Shown here piece after piece: positions 8,099-17,283 of a stretch of DNA of 37,349 nucleotides. The translations under genes and the position numbers were made by a program. The stretch lies in the sequence record DRR378314_1978; one strand, 5' to 3'. The first letter of the stretch is position 1; the number at the start of each line of letters is the position of its first letter. A model generated the notes under the pieces. The model saw only the letters and a program-made list of their open reading frames with translations. It did not search any database and was not told the DNA's origin.

Positions 8099-9160
8099 TT
8101 ACGCGTTGCCCTTTGCGATGAGATCACGAGCGATCTTTTGAAATGCCTCAGCCTGCGGGCTGTCGGGATGGCTGACCACGATGGGTGTGCCTCCGTCTGC
8201 CGCCACGCGGATATCCAGATGCAGCGGAATTTCACCCAGCAGCGGTACGCCCAGGGCCTCGGCCTCGGATGCGACGCCGCCATGACCGAATACATGTTCC
8301 TCATGCCCGCAATTCGAACAGATATGGGTCGACATATTCTCGATCATCCCAACGATGGGCGTCTTGAGCTGGTTGAACATATCGATCCCCTTACGGGCAT
8401 CGATCAGGGCCACGTCCTGCGGGGTCGAGACAATAATGGCCCCATCCACCTGAAACTTCTGGCTGAGCGTCAGTTGAACGTCGCCAGTGCCGGGCGGCAG
8501 GTCAACAATCAGCACATCCAGCGTGCCCCATTGCACCTGGCTCATCATCTGCTGGAGTGCGCCCATCAGCATCGGGCCACGCCAAACCACCGCCTGCCCT
8601 TCATTGGTCATCAGACCCATCGACATCATGGTAACACCGTGGTTGCGCAGCGGCAGAATTGTTTTGCCATCCGGGCTGGCTGGACGACCCGAAACACCCA
8701 GCATACGGGGCTGGGATGGGCCATATACATCAGCATCCAAGAGGCCCACGCGGCGGCCTTCGGCGGCCAGCGCACAGGCGAGGTTGGCCGATACGGTGGA
8801 TTTGCCAACGCCACCCTTGCCTGACGCCACAGCGATAATCCGGTCCACGCCTGGCACAGCCTGAGGGCCGGTTTGCGAGGGCTTTGGCTTGGGCTTCAAA
8901 TCAGGCGGAGCTTTTTCCGAATGCGCGGTCAGCATGGCTGAGACCTTGGACACGCCCTCTACCATCTGCGCTGCCTGCTCGGCTGTGGCGCGCACGGGTT
9001 CCATCTTCTCGGCCAGCTTGGGGTCAATTTCCAATACGAACCGCACCGTGTCGCCTTCGACATTCAATGCGCGCACGATGCCCGCGCTCACGATATCCTG
9101 ACCCGAAACCGGATCTGTAATCTTTTTCAGGCTCGCCAGAACCGCGTCACGGATGCTCAT
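8099..9160 (-). CDS. apbC: Mrp/NBP35 (ApbC) Fe-S cluster carrier ATPase
   Basis: ASGKGGVGKST, DADVYGPS, VWRGPM, DLPPGTGD, ENMS..ICSNC; start taken at MSIRD (9160). Confidence 0.93.
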   Translation of the reverse strand: MSIRDAVLASLKKITDPVSGQDIVSAGIVRALNVEGDTVRFVLEIDPKLAEKMEPVRATAEQAAQMVEGVSKVSAMLTAHSEKAPPDLKPKPKPSQTGPQAVPGVDRIIAVASGKGGVGKSTVSANLACALAAEGRRVGLLDADVYGPSQPRMLGVSGRPASPDGKTILPLRNHGVTMMSMGLMTNEGQAVVWRGPMLMGALQQMMSQVQWGTLDVLIVDLPPGTGDVQLTLSQKFQVDGAIIVSTPQDVALIDARKGIDMFNQLKTPIVGMIENMSTHICSNCGHEEHVFGHGGVASEAEALGVPLLGEIPLHLDIRVAADGGTPIVVSHPDSPQAEAFQKIARDLIAKGNA

Positions 9161-9721
9161 ACCAACTTTTCCTTGAATTGCCCTGCACATATGGTCTTGC
9201 GTATTGACAGATTATGGTCGCCGCTCATTGCATGTGCCTCCGTCTCTTTCTGTTCATTTAACGCACCGGTTCTGCCGCCGCCACCCCCTCTTGGTCGCAA
9301 CAGGAAATTGGCCTTGCTTTAACGAATGAGATGTCAGTCTCGGGTCTTTTGCAGTAGCGGAAACTCGGTGACCTATATGCATTGATCGGATGTGCAGGGC
9401 GGTGTGCCCGCTTGACCACCTAATGAGCCATGACACATAAAAACATTCTGCCGCGCTAGCGTCGCGCAGGTGCAAAATTGCGCGGAATCTTCGGGCGGAC
9501 AGCAGGCATATTACTCGACCATATCTATTCTGACACACTGCAAGACTCTGATATCATTTGGAATGAAATGACGTTAATTACTCTTTTCGACAAGGAACCG
9601 GCCCATTACATTCCGAAGTTAATGATACCGATGCGGCGGATCATCGGGTCGTAGTACCGAAATGATCTGATCGCGTTCCTGCGGCGCGCGATGGCACCCC
9701 GAAATCAAATTGGAGGAGACC

Positions 9722-9847
9722 ATGAGAGCATTCCCTTCCGTCTTCGTTGTGATGGTCCCCGTCACCGACACCCCGCCGACCATGCTAAATCAGATCGGCT
9801 TCGGCGCCGCAGATGCAAGCGTCGGCTCTACGATGCGTCTCGACTGA
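9722..9847 (+). CDS. Putative 41-aa small ORF (MRAFPSVFVVMVPVTDTPPTMLNQIGFGAADASVGSTMRLD)
   Basis: Strong GGAGGAG RBS at 9712-9718, ATG 9722, and TGA 9845-9847 directly abutting the next ATG at 9848; absent from the ORF track. Confidence 0.5.
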   Translation: MRAFPSVFVVMVPVTDTPPTMLNQIGFGAADASVGSTMRLD

Positions 9848-10720
9848 ATGTCACAGTACCTGACCACACGCGAACTGGCGGACCTGCTGCGCATAGGGGA
9901 GCGGAAAGCCTATGATCTGGCCTCATCCGGCGAGATACCCTGCGTGCGGGCAATGGGTAAGCTGCTGTTTCCCAAGGCTGAAGTCATTGCGTGGCTCAAC
10001 GCCTCGCGATCTGGTCCACAAGTGGCCGAGCCACCCCTGCCCCTCATCGTTGCCGGTAGCCATGATCCGCTGTTGGATTGGGCCCTGCGGGAAAGCGGAT
10101 CGGGGCTGGCCACATACTATGATGGATCGTTTGATGGGTTGAAGCGCCTGTCCGACCGCACTGCGCAGGCCGCTGCGCTGCATATCCATGAACCCGACGG
10201 TTTTAACACTCAGTCCCTGCGGGACGGAATGGGGAACGCCCCGGTTATCCTCTACCAGATTGCCCATCGCCGACGCGGGCTGCTGCTGGCACCCGGGGTT
10301 TCCGATATATCCGGGTTTCCGGATTTAAAGGCCCGCCGCGTCATCCTTCGTCAGGACAGCGCCGCGAGCCAACGCTTGTTCGACACGGAACTCGCCCGAC
10401 ACGGGCTTGGCCGTGAGGATCTGAATCCCCTGCCCGTCTGCGCCCGCACCGAGGAAGAATTGGCCAATGCCCTGCGCGATGGGAAAGCCGAGATCGGCTT
10501 TGGCCTCGGAGCGCTTGCGCGTTCATACGGCTTGACCTTCGTCCAAACACATTCCGAACGTCTGGACCTGGCCATCTGGCGTCAGGCATTCTTCGATCCG
10601 CCCATGCAGACCCTGACCCAGTTCCTGCAATCCGAGCGTTTCAGCGAACGGGCTGCAGAACTGGGTGGGTATGATCTTACCAATCTGGGTCAAATCCATC
10701 ACAACGGTGCCAGTGGCTGA
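9848..10720 (+). CDS. Excisionase-type HTH plus PBP-like (molybdate/tungstate-binding type) transcriptional regulator
   Basis: N-terminal YLTTRELADLLRI...GEIPC..GKLLFPK (HTH_17-like); C-terminal AGSHDPLL, GSFDGL, GGYD typical of PBP_like domains; adjacent to tup genes. Confidence 0.82.
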   Translation: MSQYLTTRELADLLRIGERKAYDLASSGEIPCVRAMGKLLFPKAEVIAWLNASRSGPQVAEPPLPLIVAGSHDPLLDWALRESGSGLATYYDGSFDGLKRLSDRTAQAAALHIHEPDGFNTQSLRDGMGNAPVILYQIAHRRRGLLLAPGVSDISGFPDLKARRVILRQDSAASQRLFDTELARHGLGREDLNPLPVCARTEEELANALRDGKAEIGFGLGALARSYGLTFVQTHSERLDLAIWRQAFFDPPMQTLTQFLQSERFSERAAELGGYDLTNLGQIHHNGASG

Positions 10721-10763
10721 AGCAGATCACCTTTTCCCAAGGCCCCTAAACTGACGGCGAAAA

Positions 10764-11579
10764 CTAGTTCGCGTTTGGGAAAAACAGCTGTTGGCCATCC
10801 AACATATATGATTCAATCGCAGCCTGACCATCAGGGCCGATCAGCCAGTCTATGAACCTCTGCCCGGCAGCGGCGCGTACGCCAGAGTGCTTCTCGGGGT
10901 TAACGAGGGTTACACCGTATTGGTTAAACAACCGCGGGTCGCCTTCGACCAGAATCTCCTGATCGCCCCGGTTCCCGAACGAGAGCCATGTGGCACGGTC
11001 CGTCAAAACATAGGCCCCCATCCCACTGGCCACATTCAGCGTCGCCCCCATGCCCGCGCCTGCTTCGCGATACCAGGTGCCCGATACTGCGGTCGGGTCG
11101 ATACCTGCGGCACCCCAATGGCGCATCTCTGCCTTGTGTGTGCCGCTGTCATCCCCGCGCGAAACAAAAGGCAACATAGCCTCAGCCACAGCCGTTAGCG
11201 CGGCTATGATTTCGTCACTTCCAGCGATCCCTGCCGGATCGGATTTCGGCCCCACGAGCACAAAGTCATTGTACATGACATCAAACCTCTGGACGCCCCA
11301 GCCATCAGCCACGAACTGCTCTTCGGCGGGTTTGGAGTGGACAAGCAGCACGTCGCCATCGCCGTTGACCGCATTCCGGATTGCTTGCCCAGTACCAACT
11401 GCCACAACACGCACGTCGATGCCGGTCTCGGCCTCAAATCCCGGCAGGATGTAATCCAGCAAGCCCGAATTTTGGGTCGAGGTCGTGGATTGCACGATGA
11501 TAAACGGCTCTTCTGCCCAACCTGCGCTTACGGTCAACCCAAGCGCAACAATTGATGCCCGAATGAAACTAGGGATCAT
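10764..11579 (-). CDS. tupA: Tungstate ABC transporter substrate-binding protein
   Basis: Signal peptide, STTSTQNSGL, VGTGQA, YNDFVLVGP, SRGDDSGTH; GGAG RBS before ATG 11579. Confidence 0.9.
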   Translation of the reverse strand: MIPSFIRASIVALGLTVSAGWAEEPFIIVQSTTSTQNSGLLDYILPGFEAETGIDVRVVAVGTGQAIRNAVNGDGDVLLVHSKPAEEQFVADGWGVQRFDVMYNDFVLVGPKSDPAGIAGSDEIIAALTAVAEAMLPFVSRGDDSGTHKAEMRHWGAAGIDPTAVSGTWYREAGAGMGATLNVASGMGAYVLTDRATWLSFGNRGDQEILVEGDPRLFNQYGVTLVNPEKHSGVRAAAGQRFIDWLIGPDGQAAIESYMLDGQQLFFPNAN

Positions 11580-11601
11580 TCGATATCTCCATCTCAAGTA
11601 T

Positions 11602-12336
11602 TCAAGTGACCAGACCGCCATCCAGATACCGGCGCGACTCGTCGCTTTTTGGGGATTCCAGAACCTGCCTTGCCAATCCCTGTTCCACCACATGCCCCGC
11701 CTGCATCATCACGATATCCGTCGCCAAGCGTCGCGCCTGTCCGATGTCATGGGTCACCATCACGATACGTACACCTTGTGCCGAAGCGTGTAGAACCATC
11801 CGTTCTATCATCTGCGTCGCACTGGGGTCCAATGCGCTGGTGGGCTCATCCAGAAACAAAGTCTCTGGATCCAGGGCCAAAGCGCGTAAGATTGCCAACC
11901 GTTGCGCCTCACCGCCCGAAAGCGATCGCGCGGGCTGACGCGCCTTGCCATCCAGCCCGCCCTCGGCCAGCAGATCGTCTATACGCGACTTACGTTGCAC
12001 GCGCGGCATGGATTTCCGCTTTAACACAAAGTCCAGATTGGCCGCGACCGAGCGGCGCAGCAAAACGGGGCGTTGAAACACCATCGCCTGCCGCGCCTTG
12101 TGGCTTGCATTCAGAAGGACCCCATTTTGGCAAACGCGCCCCCGGTCCGGCTGAATCAGGCCATGAAGACAGCGCAGCAGCAGGCTTTTGCCCGCCCCGT
12201 TTGGTCCAAGGATCAATGTTGGGCCGGGGCCATCCAAACAAAGATGCGGAACGTCAAGCAGCACCTTGCCTTCGTGTGCGATACTCAGGCCGCGGACTTC
12301 CAGTGTGCCCGGCGCTTCGGTCACGACATCACGCAT
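11602..12336 (-). CDS. tupC: Tungstate ABC transporter ATP-binding protein
   Basis: GPNGAGKS, LSGGE, LDEPT, THD; lies between tupB and tupA. Confidence 0.88.
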   Translation of the reverse strand: MRDVVTEAPGTLEVRGLSIAHEGKVLLDVPHLCLDGPGPTLILGPNGAGKSLLLRCLHGLIQPDRGRVCQNGVLLNASHKARQAMVFQRPVLLRRSVAANLDFVLKRKSMPRVQRKSRIDDLLAEGGLDGKARQPARSLSGGEAQRLAILRALALDPETLFLDEPTSALDPSATQMIERMVLHASAQGVRIVMVTHDIGQARRLATDIVMMQAGHVVEQGLARQVLESPKSDESRRYLDGGLVT

Positions 12337-13042
12337 GACGCACCCCCTCCCGCTCGGCCCTAAGGGTCAAAACACTGACCATCGCGTTCACTGCCACTGC
12401 CAGACCAACCAAGATCACGCCCAAGGCCAGAGCCAGCGCCAGATTGCCTTTTGACGTCTCAAGCGCGATCGTGGTCGTCATCACCCGCGTCACGTGATTA
12501 ATATTGCCCCCAACAATGATCACCGCCCCCACCTCGGCGATTGCCCGGCCAAATCCGGCCAGCAATGCGGTGACCAGCGCCAGACGCGCATCCCACAATA
12601 ACACCGGAACCGAGGCCAGCCGGGACACCCCAAGCGAGCGGAGCTGCTCGGAATACTCCTCGGCCAGCATCTCAACCACCTGCCGGGTAAGCGCAGCCAT
12701 GATCGGCGTCACCAACACCACCTGCGCAATGATCATGGCAGTCGGGGTATAAAGTAGTTCCAGTATGCCCAAAGGCCCGGATCGCGACAACATCAGGTAA
12801 ACCAGCAAACCGGCCACAACAGGCGGAAACCCCATCAGAGCATTCACGAGGATAATCAACGCGCGCCGCCCCGGAAACCGCGCCACGGCCAAAGCGGCCC
12901 CGATTGGCATCCCGATCAAGGCCGAAATCAGAACAGCAAAGACTGAAACTCGCAGCGACAACAGCACAATCGCCCACAGCTCCGAATCACCTTCGAGGAT
13001 CAGAGAGATGGCTTGGGTGAATTCTGATGCAAATTCTTGCAT
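12329..13042 (-). CDS. tupB: Tungstate ABC transporter permease
   Basis: PPVVAGL, AGFGRAIAEVGAVIIVGGNI, TRVMTTTIALETSKG. Confidence 0.9.
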   Translation of the reverse strand: MQEFASEFTQAISLILEGDSELWAIVLLSLRVSVFAVLISALIGMPIGAALAVARFPGRRALIILVNALMGFPPVVAGLLVYLMLSRSGPLGILELLYTPTAMIIAQVVLVTPIMAALTRQVVEMLAEEYSEQLRSLGVSRLASVPVLLWDARLALVTALLAGFGRAIAEVGAVIIVGGNINHVTRVMTTTIALETSKGNLALALALGVILVGLAVAVNAMVSVLTLRAEREGVRHA

Positions 13043-13143
13043 TCTCTACCGTATCCGCAACATTTTCTGACGAAATGCCATAAATTACAGGGAAATACTA
13101 ATCCTTCTGGTCAGCAATTACAGGCACAAACTCGGCACGCGCA

Positions 13144-13174
13144 ATAAGAAACGCGGCCCCCTAAGAGGCCGCGT
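13144..13174 (-). terminator. Terminator of the pyrimidine ABC operon
   Basis: ACGCGGCC-N8-GGCCGCGT stem followed on the minus strand by TTCTTATT. Confidence 0.7.
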
Positions 13175-13200
13175 CTGATTGATCCTCGTTTTTGCTATGC

Positions 13201-14196
13201 TTAGTTTAGCGCAGCGTCCGTGATCTGATGCGTCCAGGCACCGTCTGGCTTCTTGGTGATAACCGGATCAGACCCACCTGCCAGCAAGGTTCCAACCGTA
13301 CGGTCGAAATCGGCCGGATCCAGCGCTCCGTTAGAACCCGCGGTCAGCTTGGCAATCTCGCCCATCATACGCTTTTGGTGCTCTTCGGTCTGGGCACCGG
13401 TCGCATCGTTCTCCAACACGATCTCAGCGGCTTCATCCGGATTCTCCTCGGCGTATTTCCAGCCTTTCATCGACGCGCGTACGAACCGTTCCATCTTGTC
13501 GGTGAATGCGGCATCGCTCAGGTTTTCCTCAAGCACATACAGACCGTCTTCAAGCGTGGCGACGCCCTGATCTTCGTATTTGAAGGTCACCAGTTCTTCG
13601 GGTGCAACACCTGCATCAATGACCTGCCAGTATTCATTGTAGGTCATGGTGCTGATGCAATCCGCCTGACGTTGCAGCAGCGGATCGACGTTAAAGCCCT
13701 GTTTTAGAACCTCGACACCACTTTCGCTTTTGCCATCGGTGTTGATCCCCAGTTGGCTCATCCAGCTCATGAATGGAAACTCGTTGCCAAAGAACCAGAC
13801 ACCCAGCGTACGGTTCTTCAGGTCCTCGGGTGCGGCAATTCCGGCATCCTTCCAGCAGGTCAGCATCATGCCCGAGCTTTTGAAAGGCTGCGCGATGTTT
13901 ACCAGAGGCAGCCCCTTTTCGCGCGCGGCGAGTGCGGCCGGCATCCATTCCACCGTCACATCGGCACCACCACCTGCGATCACCTGTGTCGGAGCGATAT
14001 CGGGACCACCGGGAAGGATGGTAACGTCCAGCCCCTCTTCATCGTAGAACCCTTTGTCTTTGGCCACATAATAGCCCGCGAACTGCGCCTGCGTGACCCA
14101 CTTCAGTTGCAGCGTCACCTCATCCGCAGCAAGTGCTGCGCTGGCTGCCATGCTGAAGGCGGCAACCGCCCCGCTGAGTAGCTTATTCATCGTCAT
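13201..14196 (-). CDS. ABC transporter substrate-binding protein, NMT1/THI5-like (probably pyrimidine/dihydropyrimidine)
   Basis: Signal peptide, LQLKWVTQAQFAGYYVA, PGGPD; in the pyd operon. Confidence 0.88.
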   Translation of the reverse strand: MTMNKLLSGAVAAFSMAASAALAADEVTLQLKWVTQAQFAGYYVAKDKGFYDEEGLDVTILPGGPDIAPTQVIAGGGADVTVEWMPAALAAREKGLPLVNIAQPFKSSGMMLTCWKDAGIAAPEDLKNRTLGVWFFGNEFPFMSWMSQLGINTDGKSESGVEVLKQGFNVDPLLQRQADCISTMTYNEYWQVIDAGVAPEELVTFKYEDQGVATLEDGLYVLEENLSDAAFTDKMERFVRASMKGWKYAEENPDEAAEIVLENDATGAQTEEHQKRMMGEIAKLTAGSNGALDPADFDRTVGTLLAGGSDPVITKKPDGAWTHQITDAALN

Positions 14197-14244
14197 ATCT
14201 CCTAGTTGCTTATGTTTGCCCCGTTTATGGGGTCTGTTGAATTC

Positions 14245-15090
14245 TTATCCTCTCTGCGACGGATGCCAGAAAGTCACCGCCTTTTCTATCATCGCCACAA
14301 GACCATAGAAGGCAGTCCCTGCCAGCGCGGCCACCACGATCTCGGCCCACACCATATCAAGTGACAATTGACCGACGCTGGTTGATATCCGAAAGCCCAT
14401 GCCCAAGGTGGGTGAGCCGAAGAACTCGGCCACGATAGCGCCGATCAGCGCCAGGGTGGTAGATATCTTTAAGCCATTGAAAATGAAAGGCATAGCCGCA
14501 GGCAGACGCAGCTTCAGGAAGCTTTGCCAATAAGTGGCGGCATAGGTCTCCATTAGATCGCGCTGCATGGCGGTTGCTTCGCGCAGCCCCGCCACCGTGT
14601 TCACCAGCATCGGAAAGAACACCATCACCACGACCACGGCGGCCTTAGAGTGCCAGTCAAAGCCGAACCACATCACCAGAATGGGGGCCGTGCCCACGAT
14701 GGGAAGCGCCGCGACAAAATTCCCAACGGGCAAAAGCCCCAGACGCAGGAAATCCCATCGATCCACCGCTATCGCCATCAAAAGGGCTGAACCACAACCA
14801 ATGATATAGCCGCTCAAAGCGCCTTTGATGATCGTTTGCACAAAGTCCGCCCAGAGCGTTGGCAAACTGTCCCAGAAACGATCCCAAATGACAGAGGGTG
14901 CGGGCAGGATGACCAGTGGTACCTCGAGGCCGCGCACCACCAGTTCCCAGATGCCTATGATCGTTAGTCCAAAGACTACGGGTGCCAGAAACCGGACCAT
15001 GCGTGTGTCGGCATACGGTCCGCTTGCCAGACGGCTGTTCAACCACCAGCCCAACAGCCAGACACCGAGTGCACCAAGAACAGGTATCAT
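14245..15090 (-). CDS. ABC transporter permease (pyrimidine importer)
   Basis: ILPAPS, KLRLPAAMPFIFNGLK, GAIVAEF; ATGA overlap with the upstream permease fixes the start at 15090. Confidence 0.88.
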   Translation of the reverse strand: MIPVLGALGVWLLGWWLNSRLASGPYADTRMVRFLAPVVFGLTIIGIWELVVRGLEVPLVILPAPSVIWDRFWDSLPTLWADFVQTIIKGALSGYIIGCGSALLMAIAVDRWDFLRLGLLPVGNFVAALPIVGTAPILVMWFGFDWHSKAAVVVVMVFFPMLVNTVAGLREATAMQRDLMETYAATYWQSFLKLRLPAAMPFIFNGLKISTTLALIGAIVAEFFGSPTLGMGFRISTSVGQLSLDMVWAEIVVAALAGTAFYGLVAMIEKAVTFWHPSQRG

Positions 15091-16004
15091 TGCGCCATTC
15101 CCATCCGTTTCAGGACCGACCGTTCGATCAAACCAAGCAATCCGACCAAGCACGCCGCGAGAATGGCCGCTGCAAACAGCGCCGACCAAATCTGTACGGT
15201 CTGCCCATAGTAGCTGCCCGCAAGCAAGCGCGCACCCAGTCCGGCAACGGCACCAGTTGGCAACTCCCCGACGATGGCCCCCACCAGCGATGCGGCCACC
15301 CCAATTTTTAGCGATGTGAACAGATACGGCATTGAGGCCGGAAGACGCAGTTTCCAGAACCCCTGCGACCGGTTCGCATTGTAGGTCCGCAGCAAATCCA
15401 ACTGCATGGCATCCGGACTGCGCAGTCCCTTCACCATGCCAACGACCACAGGGAAAAAGCTGAGGTAGGCCGAAATGATCGCCTTCGGCAAAATCCCCTG
15501 AACACCGACCGAATAGAGCACGACAATGATCATCGGGGCCAGCGCGATAATGGGAATGGTCTGACTGACAATCGCCCAAGGCATCACTGAAAGATCCATC
15601 ACCCGGCTATGCACGATCCCAACCGCCAGCAGGATGCCCAAGCCAGTCCCGATGACAAAACCCAACATCGTTGCACTTAACGTCACCCAACCATGGTAGA
15701 TCAAAGAGCGTTTTGAGGTGATTTTCTTCTGTACCGTGGTCTGCCACATTTCAATTGCGACCTGATGCGGTGCAGGCAAACGCGGGCGATCCTGTTCCCA
15801 TGTGGCGGGTATGGCGAAACTGTTGTTCAAAGCCAGGCCAATCTCGCTCAAGTCCCGGCGATCCTTGGCCGAAGGTGGCTGAACCTCGGCCCCGGCACGC
15901 TCCTGCTCGGTCAGAACACCCTTGATATTCATGGGGATACAGGCCGCATACCAGACAATCACAATCGCAGCGATGACGGTTAGGACGGCAACGATCTGCT
16001 TCAT
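15087..16004 (-). CDS. ABC transporter permease (pyrimidine importer)
   Basis: LPAPHQV, SQTIPIIALAP, KLRLPASMPYLF; ATGA overlap with the GNAT stop. Confidence 0.88.
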   Translation of the reverse strand: MKQIVAVLTVIAAIVIVWYAACIPMNIKGVLTEQERAGAEVQPPSAKDRRDLSEIGLALNNSFAIPATWEQDRPRLPAPHQVAIEMWQTTVQKKITSKRSLIYHGWVTLSATMLGFVIGTGLGILLAVGIVHSRVMDLSVMPWAIVSQTIPIIALAPMIIVVLYSVGVQGILPKAIISAYLSFFPVVVGMVKGLRSPDAMQLDLLRTYNANRSQGFWKLRLPASMPYLFTSLKIGVAASLVGAIVGELPTGAVAGLGARLLAGSYYGQTVQIWSALFAAAILAACLVGLLGLIERSVLKRMGMAQ

Positions 16005-16432
16005 GCGTGCCACTCCATCCGAATGACCGGAACCGTTTCGGGCGGTACGGGCGGTTCCGTTCCCGCCTCTACAAACCCCTCGCGCTTATAAAACTGCTGC
16101 GCGCGTACGTTCGGAACATGTGTCGTCAACCAAAGATGATCGCGCCCTTCCTTCGCCTTATCCAACAGTTTCTTGCCGACGCCCTGACCGGTGCGGAGAC
16201 AATAAAGCGCACCGATTTTATGCTCGACCGGGTCAACCGACATATAGCAATCCACCGGATTTCCAGCGACCCAGATGTCGCGATTCGGGAACGCCTCGCG
16301 GATCAAATCAGCCAGCGTTTCCTCGGGCAGTTCCTCGGGCATCCAATCCGTTTGCGCAGCCCAGGTCGCAATTATACGCGCGCAGTCCCCTACATCGTCG
16401 GGCGATGCTGGTCTGATGTCACCAGCCCCCAT
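16001..16432 (-). CDS. GNAT family N-acetyltransferase
   Basis: IRPA start, acetyl-CoA motif RTGQGVGKKLL, N.RAQQFYKREGF; overlaps both neighbouring genes (GTG 16435 is an alternative start). Confidence 0.85.
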   Translation of the reverse strand: MGAGDIRPASPDDVGDCARIIATWAAQTDWMPEELPEETLADLIREAFPNRDIWVAGNPVDCYMSVDPVEHKIGALYCLRTGQGVGKKLLDKAKEGRDHLWLTTHVPNVRAQQFYKREGFVEAGTEPPVPPETVPVIRMEWHA

Positions 16433-17229
16433 CACACATCATCCCCATGACCGGCCCGCAACCCCTCACGCACACGGTGCGCGACTTCGATAAACTCGGG
16501 GCTATCTCGGATATCCAAAGGCCGTTCTTTCGGCAAAGGGCTGTCGATCACATCCGTAATCCGGCCGGGTCGAGGGCTCATCACAACGATCTTGGTGCTG
16601 AGATAAACCGCCTCGGGGATTGAGTGTGTCACAAAGCCGATGGTCTTCTCTGTCCGTGCCCACAACGCCAACAGCTGTTCGTTCAAATGGTCGCGCACAA
16701 TCTCATCAAGCGCCCCGAACGGTTCATCCATCAGCAAAATATCAGCATCAAACGCCAAGGCCCGCGCGATGCTGGCCCGTTGCTGCATACCACCGGAGAG
16801 CTGCCAAGGAAATTTCCCACCAAATCCAGCAAGGTCAACAAGTTCCAAGACTTTATTGACACGTTCAGCTTGCTCAGCAGCAGAGAACCCCATGATCTCA
16901 AGCGGCAGCTTGATATTCTTGGCAATCGTCCGCCATGGATAAAGACCTGCGGCCTGAAAGACATACCCATAGGCCCGCTTTCGCCGTGCCTCGTCCGGGG
17001 TCATTCCGTTCACGGTTAACGATCCGCCGGTCGGTTTTTCCAGCGCCGCGATGCAGCGCAAGAACGTGGTCTTGCCGCAGCCGGATGGCCCGATGAAGCT
17101 GACAAACTCGCCCTTATCTATGGTCAAGTTTACATCCTTGAGCGCATGAACCAGACCGTCATTCGTTTGAAAGGTAAGATCCAGCTGCCTTGCCTCGATA
17201 ACGGGCTGAGTCGTATTTTCTATTTTCAT
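16432..17229 (-). CDS. ABC transporter ATP-binding protein (NitT/TauT type, pyrimidine importer)
   Basis: GPSGCGKT, LSGGMQQR, LMDEPFGALD, VTHS. Confidence 0.92.
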   Translation of the reverse strand: MKIENTTQPVIEARQLDLTFQTNDGLVHALKDVNLTIDKGEFVSFIGPSGCGKTTFLRCIAALEKPTGGSLTVNGMTPDEARRKRAYGYVFQAAGLYPWRTIAKNIKLPLEIMGFSAAEQAERVNKVLELVDLAGFGGKFPWQLSGGMQQRASIARALAFDADILLMDEPFGALDEIVRDHLNEQLLALWARTEKTIGFVTHSIPEAVYLSTKIVVMSPRPGRITDVIDSPLPKERPLDIRDSPEFIEVAHRVREGLRAGHGDDV

Positions 17230-17283
17230 TCCATCGCCTTGAAGTAACTCAAACCCTGATCACCATGACGGTGACACATGACC

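Noticed and set aside
9600-9720. Moco/Tuco riboswitch upstream of the small ORF and regulator
   Set aside because: The context is suggestive but I could not match the consensus by eye; an Rfam/Infernal scan would settle it
9848-10010. Excisionase-like domain as a sign of a prophage or ICE
   Set aside because: It is fused to a PBP-like ligand domain, and no integrase, att site or phage gene is nearby
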